Made by a program: the position numbers and the translations under genes
Shown here: positions 51,601 to 63,400 of the stretch, piece after piece
Layout of the letters: the number at the start of each line of letters is the position of its first letter
Position numbering within the stretch: the stretch's first letter is position 1
Source of the DNA: Chlorokybus atmophyticus
Taxonomy: Eukaryota > Plantae > Mesostigma and Chlorokybus algae
Direction of reading: 5' to 3'
Assembly (NCBI GenBank): GCA_009103225.1
Contig: RHPI01002910.1
Span: 257,645-321,644, forward strand
DNA length: 64,000 bases
Notes under the pieces: model-generated
Databases searched by the model: none
The model's input: the letters and a program-made list of their open reading frames with translations, nothing else
What the model was told of the DNA's origin: nothing

Positions 51601-52116
51601 CTTAGTGACATGTGCACTTTTAGGTCAATCTGCGTACTGTGAGTTTCAAGCTGTTTGTTCCCCACTTGACTTGGGCCTGCAGGTATGTTTGGTTCGCCAT
51701 ACTTTGAGGCCGTCAGTAACTTGTTTGCTGGAGTTATCAAGCACGTACAGGTTAGTGACGCGGTGATTACCGCCTTCGTAAGGGTAGGAAGCTGTCAGGA
51801 AGGATATGCATACAGCAGTCTCCGCAGTAAACATCCCTTTTGTTGTGGCAGTCTTTACCAGTGTCCAGATCTTGTAGTAGAACAATGTTCCGCCTCTTTG
51901 TGTGTGAGCATCCAGATTTTAGGCTGCACGTGCTCAGTATTCGACATGAGTGTTTCGAGTTGGATCCTTTTCACAGGATGTATCACAAGTACATGCAGCT
52001 GTGTGCTAGGCACCTTGGTGTTAACTTCAACCTTCAATCTTCTGCAGGTGTATAATACAGCGCTTTCCGCGGCGCAAGTGTCCGCTTTGTACAGCAGTTT
52101 CCAGCCAGTTGCATAA
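45530..52116 (+). CDS. Large multi-exon GSDH (PQQ-dependent sugar dehydrogenase beta-propeller)-PKD-Pro-rich linker-LamG/ConA-like protein, probably secreted; true start probably ~45000-45300
   Basis: GLDFPTCVRFAPDGRVFVGEKDG; SHSIGDCFFDEAGVLYVAAGEGAS; PPNAEGGALRAQ; AYGMRNPYR; YKGALFFADY; PKD SYAWDFNGDG...TYTVAGVYQARLTV; SPPP repeats at 50060-50190; LamG FVHLVGVYNGGSYRIYKDG...VYNTALSAAQV; TAA at 52114. Confidence 0.85.
45651..45686 (+). repeat. (TC)18 microsatellite in an intron
   Basis: Seen directly. Confidence 0.95.
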
Positions 52117-52215
52117 CCTGCCAAATGCAGCTGAGGAGTGTCGACTTTTCCGCTACAATAAGCCTTGGCGACGCCCAAGTCACAATCCAATGAGGCGAGC
52201 TGTGGCCAAATATGG

Positions 52216-53756
52216 TCAACAATAAACTATCTGTGATGTTGTTGTGAACAGTAGTGGCAATCTGTACTTTCCGTTCAGTTGTGCAAATACCGGAGCTACT
52301 GCATAAGATGGTAGTATGTGTTTGGTGCCAGTTGCTGTGGACACCATTTCAATGTAATACATGCTGTGGTGTGCTGCTGTGCGCAAGTTTTGTGTGCTGC
52401 CAGTTTGGTCGTATGCATGCAAGAGTGTAGACACCTTGTTACAACTGTAATCAGCTCCAGACGTGCATGGTCTCAGGCGCGTTATCTGCCCAAGCAACTA
52501 CAAAATGTGCCGCAAGGTGGATGACATTGCTTGTGACCTGCGCTGTGATGCGCTGCGTAGCGCAATGATACCAAGGTTGGGACACATGCGGGTAGGCCTA
52601 GCTGAGTGAGTCCCGTGGCTGTGCCCCCGTAAATGCTTGTCTCTGTTTCGTAAAGGTAAGTGTCAGTAAGTGTTTGCCCACTCCTACTTGTGTGTCTGTG
52701 CAAGGCTCTGCGTTTGCTGTCTGTGTGCCATGCTGCCGGTCTTGATCTGAAACAGCAGTCTCGGTGTCTATCAGGTGATGTGGCGCATTCAATAGCGATG
52801 GCCATGCATGCGCAGATACCAATCACACCGTAATTTGCTTATCACACTCTGCGTGCGTGCGTGCGTGCGTTGCGCTGCTGGCTGTGAACATAAGTCCAAA
52901 ATGCTATGCTGTGTTGTGCAACGTTGCAGTGTCCGAGAGGCATCATATTATGCAGCGGGTACAATGGTCTTGCATGCACGAATGCTGGTTTCGTTGAGAT
53001 GTGCAGAGCTTTGCATCATTGTTGCGCCCTGCTTCTTCTTATGTGCTGCTTCCTCCTGTGGTAGCAGCTGCATATTCTGTGGCAACAGCTGAGCTGCAGA
53101 TGGCCCTGCGTGTGCGGCGCCGCTGTTGTGTGCTGATGTTGTATTCCGGGCAACCACGGGCGCCAGTATGTGGTGAGCTAATTGGGTAGGCATTGGTGTG
53201 GGTGCAACCTGTGCTTGTGTCGCCGAAGGGTCTAGTCCCCAAGATGTCCGGTTGATAAACCCCAGGGTGGCTCATGTTCAACATCAGTAGACAGTCTCAC
53301 ACTGGCTGTGTGCGCATTGCAGGTGGTAGCACGCGCGCAAGTCTAGCCACCGGAGCCTTGGTTGGGCCAAGGCTCACAACAAGGCCCCTGGCGTGGTGAT
53401 CAGGATGCAGGCTACATTCAGTGGCAGCGGACATGGTCGCCACCTCAAAATTGCAGAATGTCATCGACGCAAAGGCAGGTCAAGCGCAGCACTTGCTCTG
53501 GGTGGCCCTTCCATGTTTCAACGGGGTGCTTGCGCACGACCATCACACCCGTTGCAGCTGCGACCAAAGCCCGAAGCCCCAAGCTGTCGGCGGCGAGTGC
53601 CACTCGCCTCGCTTGCCCCTCATCCTGCACAGCAAACAGCCGACATGGACAGTGTCCGCTGTGCGCATTACAATGTGGTTTTTGAGACTTTACTTGCTGA
53701 GTGTCCTCTGGGCAGTCGAGTATTGTAGCGTACAGTAAATCTGTGGACTGAGTCAA
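52216..53756 (-). CDS. Possible exons of an unidentified minus-strand gene
   Basis: Protein-like segments YIEMVSTATGTKHILPSYAVAPVFAQLNG, YETETSIYGGTATGLTQLG and GVYQPDILGTRPFGDTSTGCTHTNAYP. No family was recognised. Confidence 0.25.
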
Positions 53757-53881
53757 GGTTTGTTCCTCAAGCTTCCTATGAATGTAGTGTGTGGACTCGC
53801 TGTATGTGTAGTAAACTTCTTACACTATGGTGCGTGTGGGGTGGGGGCGTACAGGATATATGACGTGCTGGGTGGGTGGGT

Positions 53882-54051
53882 NNNNNNNNNNNNNNNNNNN
53901 NNNNNNNNNNNNNNNNNNNNNNNNNNNNNNNNNNNNNNNNNNNNNNNNNNNNNNNNNNNNNNNNNNNNNNNNNNNNNNNNNNNNNNNNNNNNNNNNNNNN
54001 NNNNNNNNNNNNNNNNNNNNNNNNNNNNNNNNNNNNNNNNNNNNNNNNNNN

Positions 54052-54144
<93 letters not shown>
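53882..54144. other. Assembly gap (N 53882-54051) followed by a 93-nt poly-G run
   Basis: Seen directly. Confidence 0.97.
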
Positions 54145-54145
<1 letters not shown>

Positions 54146-54816
54146 GGGGGGCTCACTGTACGAACGTGCCAAGCTCACTGTGCCGTTGGCAATTTGCACG
54201 AGTCATGTGAATGTTTCACACTGATGTATTTGAGCATGCTGCATACATTACTTACCAGAGTACTAGCCAGGAATCCTTAGCACTGCTTTGTGCGTTGTGG
54301 CTTCGTGCGTGTAGTCCTTGCACTACAAGCGTAGCTTTGTCTGTCTGTATGTGCATAGGCCTTCATATTGCATGTGCACTATAGTAGCAATAGTACACAA
54401 ATTCATCATGGATCCATTGTAGCCTTTCAATCCGCCACCATCATGCGTGGTGTGAGCTCGTGCGCAATGGTGCATGTGCTTCCACAACGTCGAGTGGTAA
54501 GTACTCTCATGCGATGAAAGCCAGGCGCCGGGAGTGGCTGTGTTCATGAATGCCGTTGCGAAACGCTGTTGAGAATGCTCCGGAAGCATCCTTACAGATA
54601 GGCTTAGTGGTTGTGCACAAGTGCGCGCAGTATCAATGCGCTCACTCAAACGCAAATGTAATGCTTATGCACGACCTGCGCATAACACGAATATTTACGC
54701 GCAGCACTGTGGTGTGCTTCATTACTTAAGCATACACATGTACACATGTACACATGAACCCGGTGGTCAACCTTACAATGGTGTTGTTGGTATGCGCTAT
54801 GTCTCTCTGCAATGTC

Positions 54817-55873
54817 GGGTCACGTTGTCTCGGGCCGCTGGAAGGACAGACATGCTTGCTGGACATGCTACTGCAGCATGCTGTAGCATGTTTGGTGGTG
54901 TTAGCAAAAGCAAAAAGATAATCGAGCTCTTGTAACAGCAGGTGCTTCCAAGAGCACGTCCCCCGATGTGGAGGGGTGCGGACATGTGGAGCGAATCTCC
55001 TCTTTAGCATACATGCTGTGCTGTAGGACACACAGTCAACAAGCCACTACTATTGGTAGTGCTGTTGACACAGTTCTTTACATGAGCGGAAAATGTGTTA
55101 CACTGTTAAGTGAGTTGAATGAGCAAGCAACACGTGGATGCTATGCCCTAACGGATGCCAACAAGCACACCGCGACCAAGTGCACCAAGCCCACAGCAAC
55201 GACAAGCACGGTGCACACAAGCATGCACAGAGTCTCGAACGGTGAGGGGATTTTTGATTACGAGGATGGCGTGTTCATAGTTCAAGTCGCTCATAAGCTC
55301 CTAGCTTTCTCACTCACAGTGTCACCAGCTGATCCGGTAAACACCGCAACTACTTATACAAGTCAAGTCATGACCGTTCAGAACACAAGCTAATGGTTAT
55401 ATCGGGGCTATTCCCATAAGAAACTCCCTCTCGACATAGAACATAACGTGTAACTGAATGTACAACTGAATCAGCTACGCGCGGTGCCTATGTAGGCTAC
55501 GGTCATGAGCTAGCTACTGGTCAGTGACGTGCGCGGGTTGGTATGCTGATAGTTCGGGCGAGGGTCTTGATGTAAGCATGCCCGATGCCCCAGGCTGGCA
55601 CACGAGGACAATAGGCATAACAGCTGTTGGGTCAAGGAGAGTCGAGGGTCACGTTCTCTCGTGCCGCTGAAAGGACAGACATGCTTGCTGGACATGCTAT
55701 TGCAGCATGCTGTAGCATGTTTGGTGGTGTTAGCAAAGCAAACAGATAACCCAGCTCTGGTAACAGTAGGTGCTTCCTGAAGCACGTTCGCCGATGTGGA
55801 GTGCTACGGAGATGTGGAGCGAATCTCTTTTTTAGTATATATGCCGTGCTGTAAGACACAATCAACAAGCCAC
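54817..55873. repeat. ~230-bp diverged direct repeats at 54817-55047 and 55646-55873
   Basis: GGGTCACGTT...GGACAGACATGCTTGCTGGACATGCTA...GTGGAGCGAATCTC...TCAACAAGCCAC occurs at both positions. Confidence 0.85.
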
Positions 55874-55949
55874 CCCGCTGAGCCTCTGAGGAGGTTCCAG
55901 CTCCAGAGCTCAGTGTTTAGCGCGTTTAGCGAGTGTGGAGGGCCGTCGG

Positions 55950-56110
55950 CGCGGCAGTCATCACACAAGTACTCCTCCATGGGTATTGCATCCAGTGGGG
56001 GCTTCAGACAGTAGCAATGCAAGCCCCTGTTGCAGCCATTGCAGAGCATCATAAGCGAGTCGGCGGCGGCGCTGCCGCAGCGCTCGCAACGCGTGCTGCG
56101 GGCGGGGTGA
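55950..56110 (-). pseudogene. PHD finger at the integrase C-terminus
   Basis: C4HC3 pattern CERCGSAAADSLMMLCNGCNRGLHCYCLKPPLDAIPMEEYLCDDC directly after the integrase. Confidence 0.88.
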
Positions 56111-58959
56111 GGGTGTTTGATGCGCCAGAACCCTGCTATGTAAGGGAGGTGACAAGGCGCGTAGTTCACCATGTTTTCCTTCAGCCTCTCGCCATTCTAG
56201 CCGAGGAGGTCCATTACCCCTGTGGGGTACACTTTGAGCACCTTGTAGACTGTGCGGCCAAGGAGGTGTCAAGCGCGTCCTTGGTGGCCTCCATGCGGTA
56301 GGCAAAGTCTCCTGGTTGACACCGGTGTTGGCGCTCTTGATAGAATCCACTGCGCACGCGCTCATAGCGTAGCGTGTCGCGGTGCTGCGCGATGCGCAAG
56401 TTGTTGAAGGCCATAGGGACTGTGCGCTCAAATAGTGATGCGCGCGTGATAATGTCATGGTGCATCCAGTCGAGGTCGTCGAGGTTGTTCACCACGCGAT
56501 CCACCTCCTGCTGTGCATGAAAAGGAAGCAGCGGCGGTCGCTTAAACGGTACATAGTACGGACCATACTCGCGCAGAGCTGCCTGCTTGACAGTCCGTAT
56601 CCAAGAGCCACTCTTGGGAGGTGGTCATGCCAGGTGTTCTTCTCATACTCCAGCACACACTTGCGGAGTGCCTTCTAGTTGGTCTGCACCGCGCGCTCGG
56701 CAAGACCATCAGCTTTGGGGTGATTACGCGAGGTACAGTGATGGTCGATGTAGCACCTGTCCAAGAGAGTGTCGAACTCCCCTCTGAACTCAATTCCTTG
56801 GTCGGTGATGACCTCTACGCAGCTGCCGAACCGACTGAGGACATGAGAGAGGAAGGCTTGAGCCACCCCCTACTGCTCTTGTCGGGTAGTGGCACAAGCT
56901 CCACCCATTTGGAGAAATGCTCGATCACTATTAAGATGTAACGGTTGCCGCGTGCCGAGGGTGCTAAAGAGGGCAATGATGATGCTTTCGCGTGTGGCCG
57001 GTGTCGGCACCTCCTTGTTCACCATGGAGGCGACGATACAGCTTGTCGTCCGCCCAGCGGTAGTGCTGGGTGCGTAGGTTGACGCGGTCCTTCTCACGCA
57101 CTTATACCGAAGGGAAGCTGACTACTTTGAAGAAAGGTGAGGGATGGCTTGTCCAGCCATATGTTATGCCTGATGTCGTTGGGTGTTAGCTCTGTGTCAT
57201 CGACCTCAATGTCGCCACCATGAGTGGTCTCTGCGGGTGTGGTGGTTGCGGAGTCAGTGGGCTCAAAAGCAGGTACTGCGTTCAGTTGTTGCTGAGGCAC
57301 CGGCGTCAGTGTTGCGCCCTGAGCGCAACGCGGTGACAGCAGACATGGCAACCACGGTTGGAGCTGATGATGCAGCGCCGAGCTCATGCCGAGCATCAGT
57401 TGCATCGTTGATGCTCAGGTTGGGGTTACAAATGAGTCCATCGGCGTCTTGGTTGGTGAGGCCAGCGCGGTGGTCAATCTCGAAGTCATACTCTTGCAAG
57501 GTCCAGTGGGCAAGTTTGCCAGTAAAATGGTTGGTCATCGACCAACTGAATGGCTGATGATTGGTGATTAACTAAAACTGTCGGTCGAAGAGGGAGGGTC
57601 GAAAGAAGGAGATAGCCCACACTGCAGCGAGACACTCTCTCTCGTAGCTGCTGTAGTTGACCTCGGCACTATTGTTCCTCCGGCTGGCGTACGACACCCC
57701 TCTTTCTTATTTGCATCGTGCTGCACCAGCATGGCTCCCATCCCGAGCTTGCTCCAATCGGTGTGAAGGATGAAAGGCTTGGTGTAGTCAGGGCGCTGAA
57801 GGATGGGTGCTGTGGTGAGCCTGCTTTTCAGCTCCTTGAAGGCCCACTGTTGCGGCTCCTTCCACACGAATTTCACTTCTTTCTTCAGTAGCTCGTTGAG
57901 GGGTCGCGCTATCTTTGCGATGTCCTTCACGAACCGGCGATAGTAGTTGACAAGGCCCAAAAAGGCGCGCAGGCGCGTGAGGTCCGTTGGAGCAGGGATA
58001 GCTGCTCGGGCCTCCACCTTTGCCTGCTGTACGTACACACCGTGGGGCACAATCATGTGTCCCAAGTAGCGTACCTTGTGAATGAAGAAGGTGCACTTGT
58101 CGGCGTGCACAGTCATCCCCACTCCCTTGAGCCTCTCCAGCACCTCATTAATGTGCTGTATGTGCTCTTCGTTTCTGCGGCTGAAGATGAGGATGTCGTC
58201 GATGTAGCACCGCGCGTTCAGCCCCTTCAAGGCTTTGTTCATCACCCGCTAAAACTTGGCGGGGGCATTCTTCGGCCCGAACGGCATCACCTTCAACTGG
58301 CGGTTGCCCCAGAAGGAGGTCTTGTGCTTGTCCTCGTCTTTAATGGCGATTTGGTTATACCCTTAGCGCATGTCGAGGATGCTGAAGACTGTGCAGTCTC
58401 CTACATCGTCAAAGATGCCCTCTGCTGTGGGCATTGGGTACCTGTCTTGTTTGGTCTTGTTGTTGAGGGGATGGTAGTTGCCGCACATGCGCCGTCCTGT
58501 CCAGTTGCCGAATCCTTTTTTAGTGGCATGACGGTCGCGGCTGCAAAATCCGATGTGGACTCCTCAATAAGGCTTGCGTCTAGGAGCGCCTTACATCTCT
58601 GTTCCACCAGATCCTCCTCTAGCTTTGAGACCATATATTGCCGTCGAAACACCGGCTTGGTATCAACCACCTCGATGTCTGGTACACTGAACATGTACCC
58701 AGCTCCTTTACGGCAAAGCCAAATTGGCTCCTCCACTTCTTGAGGAGAGCCTCCAGCTTTTCTCATATGTCCTCCGTGGCAAGAGGGCCAATGGCGTGGT
58801 CTCAAGACGTTGCGTTGGCAACCACGAGGATGTCTTCCACTGTCACTGCTGCTTGCTCCTCCATGTGAACCACCTCAAGGGCTGTGTGAGCTGCCTTGGT
58901 GTCTGCAACGCGTTCAGCCCACCCCCTAGCCAGGTGTTCGAGATCGAAGGACACATGGC

Positions 58960-60489
58960 GAACCTGCAATGCGAAGCTCATCTCCAACATCCAGACCATG
59001 CTGTTTTGGTCCATGGCGTGGCCGAGTAGCTGACATTGCTAACTGTTGGTTAGCGGGACCCTGTGATGCTGTTGGAAAAAAATCCTATGGCGTGTTCGCG
59101 CTCACGTGCGTTGGTTTCTTTTAGCTTGCTCGTCGTGGACGACGGGCAAGCTAAAATGTAACGGGAGCAATAATAATAGGGGTATTATTGCTACCAAATT
59201 AACACATTTTGTATGAATAAGTATTTAAACATGCTTATTTATACCTCTTTTCTACGATTCTTCGCTTATTAAAGGCTATGATGCTTGATCATAGCTTAAA
59301 TAAGTCCCAATGGGTGTAGAAGCGCTTATTCAAGCCTATTTAGTGTCACATTTCATATAATGTGATCACTATCTCGTCAGGTACCTTACGATAGGTATCT
59401 TTGGATAGGTACCTTATCGAAATGTACCTTATCTGAGATGTGATTGGCTCACGCTAGATTTCCTAACTACCCTATCTGTAGGGTCGATGTCTAGTTGTGA
59501 GTTAATTATCGAGAGGTATATAGTTGATATACTCTTGATATAAAAGGTCACATCAATGAGATGTGGGGATTTTCAGTTCTCTGCTCAGTGGCGGCCACAC
59601 CGTTGAAAGGCTTGTCATATGCGGTGTGGGTGTTGGGGTAGAGGATTGAAGGGGCATCACCGGCGACGGTGGTGCTGTTACACAAAAGGTGTTAGACACC
59701 ATGCCATCGCCTCGATTGCGGAAGGCATAGGACCCGAGGTAGGACACCAAAGTGGGAAGTGCGCGGCGCGGTTGGCCAGGTTGGTTGCCTTAGTAGAATT
59801 GGCTGTGGTCAAGACATGTGAATGGTTGACTCTGCGGCCGGGTTCGAGAATGTCATCGACGAAGAGGTTGCGTGTACTCTGCTGTCATCAGCTCCTCTGT
59901 GGTGGCCAAGTTTGCCCACTTAGCGCGCACGCGATGCGCACGGGAAGCATGGCGCGCTGCGTTTACCTTTAATAGATGCCAAAGAATGGAGCACACCATC
60001 CGGTAGGTGGAGGCTACATGGGGACGCTGGTTGTCCTCTGAGTGCACGTTCTCAAGGACGTGGCCTGGAGATCTGGTGCTGTTGGAGGAGGTGGATGGCT
60101 CTCATCAACTCTCAAAACAGACCTAAGCGAGGGTTGTTCAGGCCTTGGCCTCTTCCTACCCTCGAGTGTTCTTGGCACTCCCATCCAGCTATTAACAAGT
60201 CGATGTTGCCAAGGGACAGCAAGTGGTCCTCTGTGATTAATCTGATGTCTTGTAGCCATGCCTTGAGGCTGCCTTGCAGTGTCGACGAGGGCAGTTGCTG
60301 TGGATAGCGCTCGTGCAGCTGACGCAGATGGTGCTTAAGGGCTGTTTGAGCGCGCAGGTCAGGGTCGTAATTATAATACTTGGTGACTTTGACACCTGTA
60401 TTGAGGACTGCAGCGAGACCACTGCCGATGCCTCCAAACAGTTCGAACACTGTGATGCCTTGCTGCCGCCGAATGGTATGGAACTTCAC
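58960..60489 (-). pseudogene. C5 cytosine DNA methyltransferase domain within the Gypsy pol, interrupted
   Basis: Motif I ELFGGIGSG; motif IV DLLIAGWECQEHS; GLF*EL; motif VI HVLENV; motif VIII SRAHRVRAKWANL; LPTLVSYLGSYAFR; motif IX-like ETNAREREHAIGF (~59080-59118); motif X-like QLLGHAMD (~59010-59032). Confidence 0.88.
59119..59690. mobile_element. ~570-bp largely AT-rich insertion with an 18-bp terminal hairpin, splitting the DNMT domain
   Basis: DNMT motifs resume on both sides. Hairpin TTTTAGCTTGCTCGTCGT-GG-ACGACGGGCAAGCTAAAA at 59119-59156. Internal GTACCTTATC/GATAGGTAC repeats at ~59380-59435. Confidence 0.6.
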
Positions 60490-63400
60490 GACTCTTGTGG
60501 AAGCGCGAAGTGATCAGCGGCTGGGTCAGCAAGAGGTGCGCGTCCACATGTGCCCGCCAACGGTGTTCGGCCGGGTCTGATAATGCCACCTCATTGTGGT
60601 ATCCTCCTTAGTGCAAGGAGTGGGATCGGCGTTGTCTGCGCGGCAAGGGGCTGCGACGGCAGCGCCTCTTGTGCGAGTGTTGTCATTTGTGGCTGATACC
60701 GCCTCCCGTGTGCGCACGCAATTGCGCATGGTTATTGCAGCCACTTTGCATTGGGCACGCGTGCGTGACACCAACTCAAGAGGCAGGAAGCTCTGTACTT
60801 CTCCGTCATCTCCATCCCAATGTGGTCGGAACCACGCCCGCTCTGTCCAGTAGTCAAGGCCCATACCCACGGGAAAGTCCTGTCCAAGCAGGAAATCGAA
60901 GGAGCCAGCGCTGGTGACCACGCATTGCTGAACGATCTCTATGGTGTGGGTCGGGTCCAGCCCTATCAACCGGATGCTAAAGGCCTCCTCGGTGACCCCC
61001 ATCACCTTGTCACGGCTCCTCGTTAATGTGTCCAGTACGTATGGGCAAGGCATCAAGTCCAAGCTGGTGATGCCAAGGGACCGCACGAGGAAGCGCCCGA
61101 TGATAACCGGCTGTGCTCCAGTGTCCAGCATCACCCGCTTGGGTGCCAGGCCATTGATGGTCATATGCTTGCCTTGGTTGGCTACCATGGCAGCGTTGGC
61201 GTTGATGCGTAGCCTCTTTGTGCGAGCTGTCGGCACCGATGCCTCATGTCTCTCAGCTGATCAGCTGAAGGTGCTAAGCGCATCGCAGCCAGAGCTCCTC
61301 TGCCTGCTGGATATTGCAATTGACTACCCCCTCCTTGTCCTCTCCCTTTGCGAAGTTGACTTGTCGTGGTGGTTGGTAGACTCGGGGAGGCCTTTGCGCT
61401 AGGGGGTTTTGTGCTGGCTGCGGTGGAAGTGATGGTGGATGCCGCCTTTGAGAGGATGGGATCATGCCTGTCGGCGTCCCCAATAGTTGACGAGGAAAGC
61501 CCGGCAAACCCGGTGTTTTCGGGCCTGCCTCGTGTTCTGCTTGCTCTGCGGTGTAGGTCCATCGGACAGCATGAGCTGCCTCCCTGACCAATGTCCCTTC
61601 TTACGAGGCTGTGGGCTCTGTGTCTACATTGGTCCAGTGCTGATATTGTGGCATGGGCTGCAGATATACTACGCGCAGTAACCGCTGCCGCATGTCGTGA
61701 GTAATGGTGGGGACTCGCAAGATCCCTGCCATGTAGGCATCCACATGCCTTGTACCACGCCCACATCGAGCACAGTCATGGCGCGCGCTCGTATGGTGCG
61801 TTGAGGGTCGGTTTACTGCGCGTGTATTTCGTGAGCGATAGCGATGTGCCGGAGTTGCCGTGCTGGTTCTACTCCCAGCAGCCGCAGCATTGCCTCCTGC
61901 ACTCCCTCCAGAATGTCTGGCGCACTGGTGGTAGCTTCATCGTATGCTTGCCGCATCGAGCGGATGAATGCCCCCAACCATGATGCTATGTTGCCAAAGG
62001 CGAACATGGGAACAGCGGGGTAATTGGCGACGAGCCACGTCACGAGTTGTGCTCAAGAGGCGCTGCCTTCTCGCATCCCCATCATCTGTCTCAATACACT
62101 GCCTCCAGGCCGCTGCAGCATGACGGCTTGCCGTATGAGAGCGGTTCGGGGTTGTTGCTCTCCTACCATATCAGCTCCTCCTTGCTGGGTGGTGTCTCCT
62201 TGTGGGGTGAGGTAACCTCGCCCTGCATCCCGGTGATCATCAGGCATACCATCGATCAGAGGGGGCAATAGCGGGGCAATTACCCCCCTCAATTGTTGTG
62301 CCAACGCCCTCGCTTGGTTAGCAACATTTGTTTGCCCTGACTGTGTGACTGTGGTTTGCGCTTATGGCACAACGGCTAGTGCAGTGCAGGTGCCGGCGAC
62401 ATCTAACGGTCCCGTGGGTTGAACCGCAGCGGTGCGTGCTGCTTCATACACCTGTCGGCGTGCGTCAACTTGGGCGGCTTGATCTTGCCGATAGCGATGT
62501 GCCTGTTCAAGCGCAGAGAATTTTCCTGTGACTCCCCTATGTGAGTCCACGGAGTGCCGGGTCAGCGCCCGGCGGCATGTTTGAGGTGGTCACCATGAGG
62601 CGCTGCACTCGGCGATGCTGATGTCCGTGCCGGTCCAGCGGTGAAGGCTTAAAATCAATTTGTTGCGCTGGCATGAGCTGTTATGATTGGTTGGGTGCGT
62701 TTTGCAGCCTTGCGTGCACTGCCAAAAACTGAATTGCCAGCTCCAACACAGCGAGGCGCCGGTATGTGACCCTGAAGAGACGATCTCTCCTCTCCTCTCC
62801 TCTTATCTCAGGAGCAGTGCCAGCTAGAATCTCATCGTCCAATTGTTGCTAGGTGGGCTCCGATAGTGTATGGTATTCGAGCGGTGGTAGCGGCAGGATG
62901 CAATTATCTCGCGCTACATGCATTGTGCGTCGCCCCCCGAGCCTGTATGCAATGGTGGTGGGCTCGATGTTGCATAGGACGGACACCCAAGCGCGCTCCG
63001 CTTGCGGTCCGCGTGGTACTTGTTGAGTGACATCAAGGTGCGGAGGAGGGGCCGCACGAACCCCTGATGGTGCGGCGGCAGTGACAGCAAGGGCTGTTAG
63101 AGGTGCGGCAACATCAACTGCAGCAAAAGTTGTGGCACGTGCAACAGTCGTGGTGACGGAGTGAGCATTGCAACAGTCGTGACAGGGGCAGTGTCCGCAG
63201 CTGTAGCGGGTGTGGTGCCAACACCACCAGTGGGTTCGCCAGCCATGGCTGCAGCATCCTCAGTGCCAGTCATCTCTAGCGCCAACTTGGTGCTAGGTGT
63301 ATCCGCACTGGCTGCACTGGTGGGTGTTCTCGTCGACGGGGTCGTCTCAGTAAAGGTTGTGGCCGGCGAGCCAGCCCCACTTGTAACTTCCAACGATGTT

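Noticed and set aside
54052-54144. Functional G-quadruplex or poly-Pro/Gly ORFs (also 19112-19380 and 2970-2991)
   Set aside because: The homopolymers directly abut Ns, which is typical of sequencing or assembly artefacts.
54817-55873. Paired LTRs of the Gypsy element
   Set aside because: Both repeats lie downstream of pol and enclose no coding region; no TG...CA ends, PBS or PPT were confirmed.
10882-60114. TAA/TAG-to-Gln genetic code reassignment (as in some ulvophytes)
   Set aside because: In-frame TAR codons occur only in decayed TEs, alongside TGA stops and frameshifts. PEX10 ends at TAA and RPN8 at TAG at the expected C-termini, and host exons use CAA/CAG.
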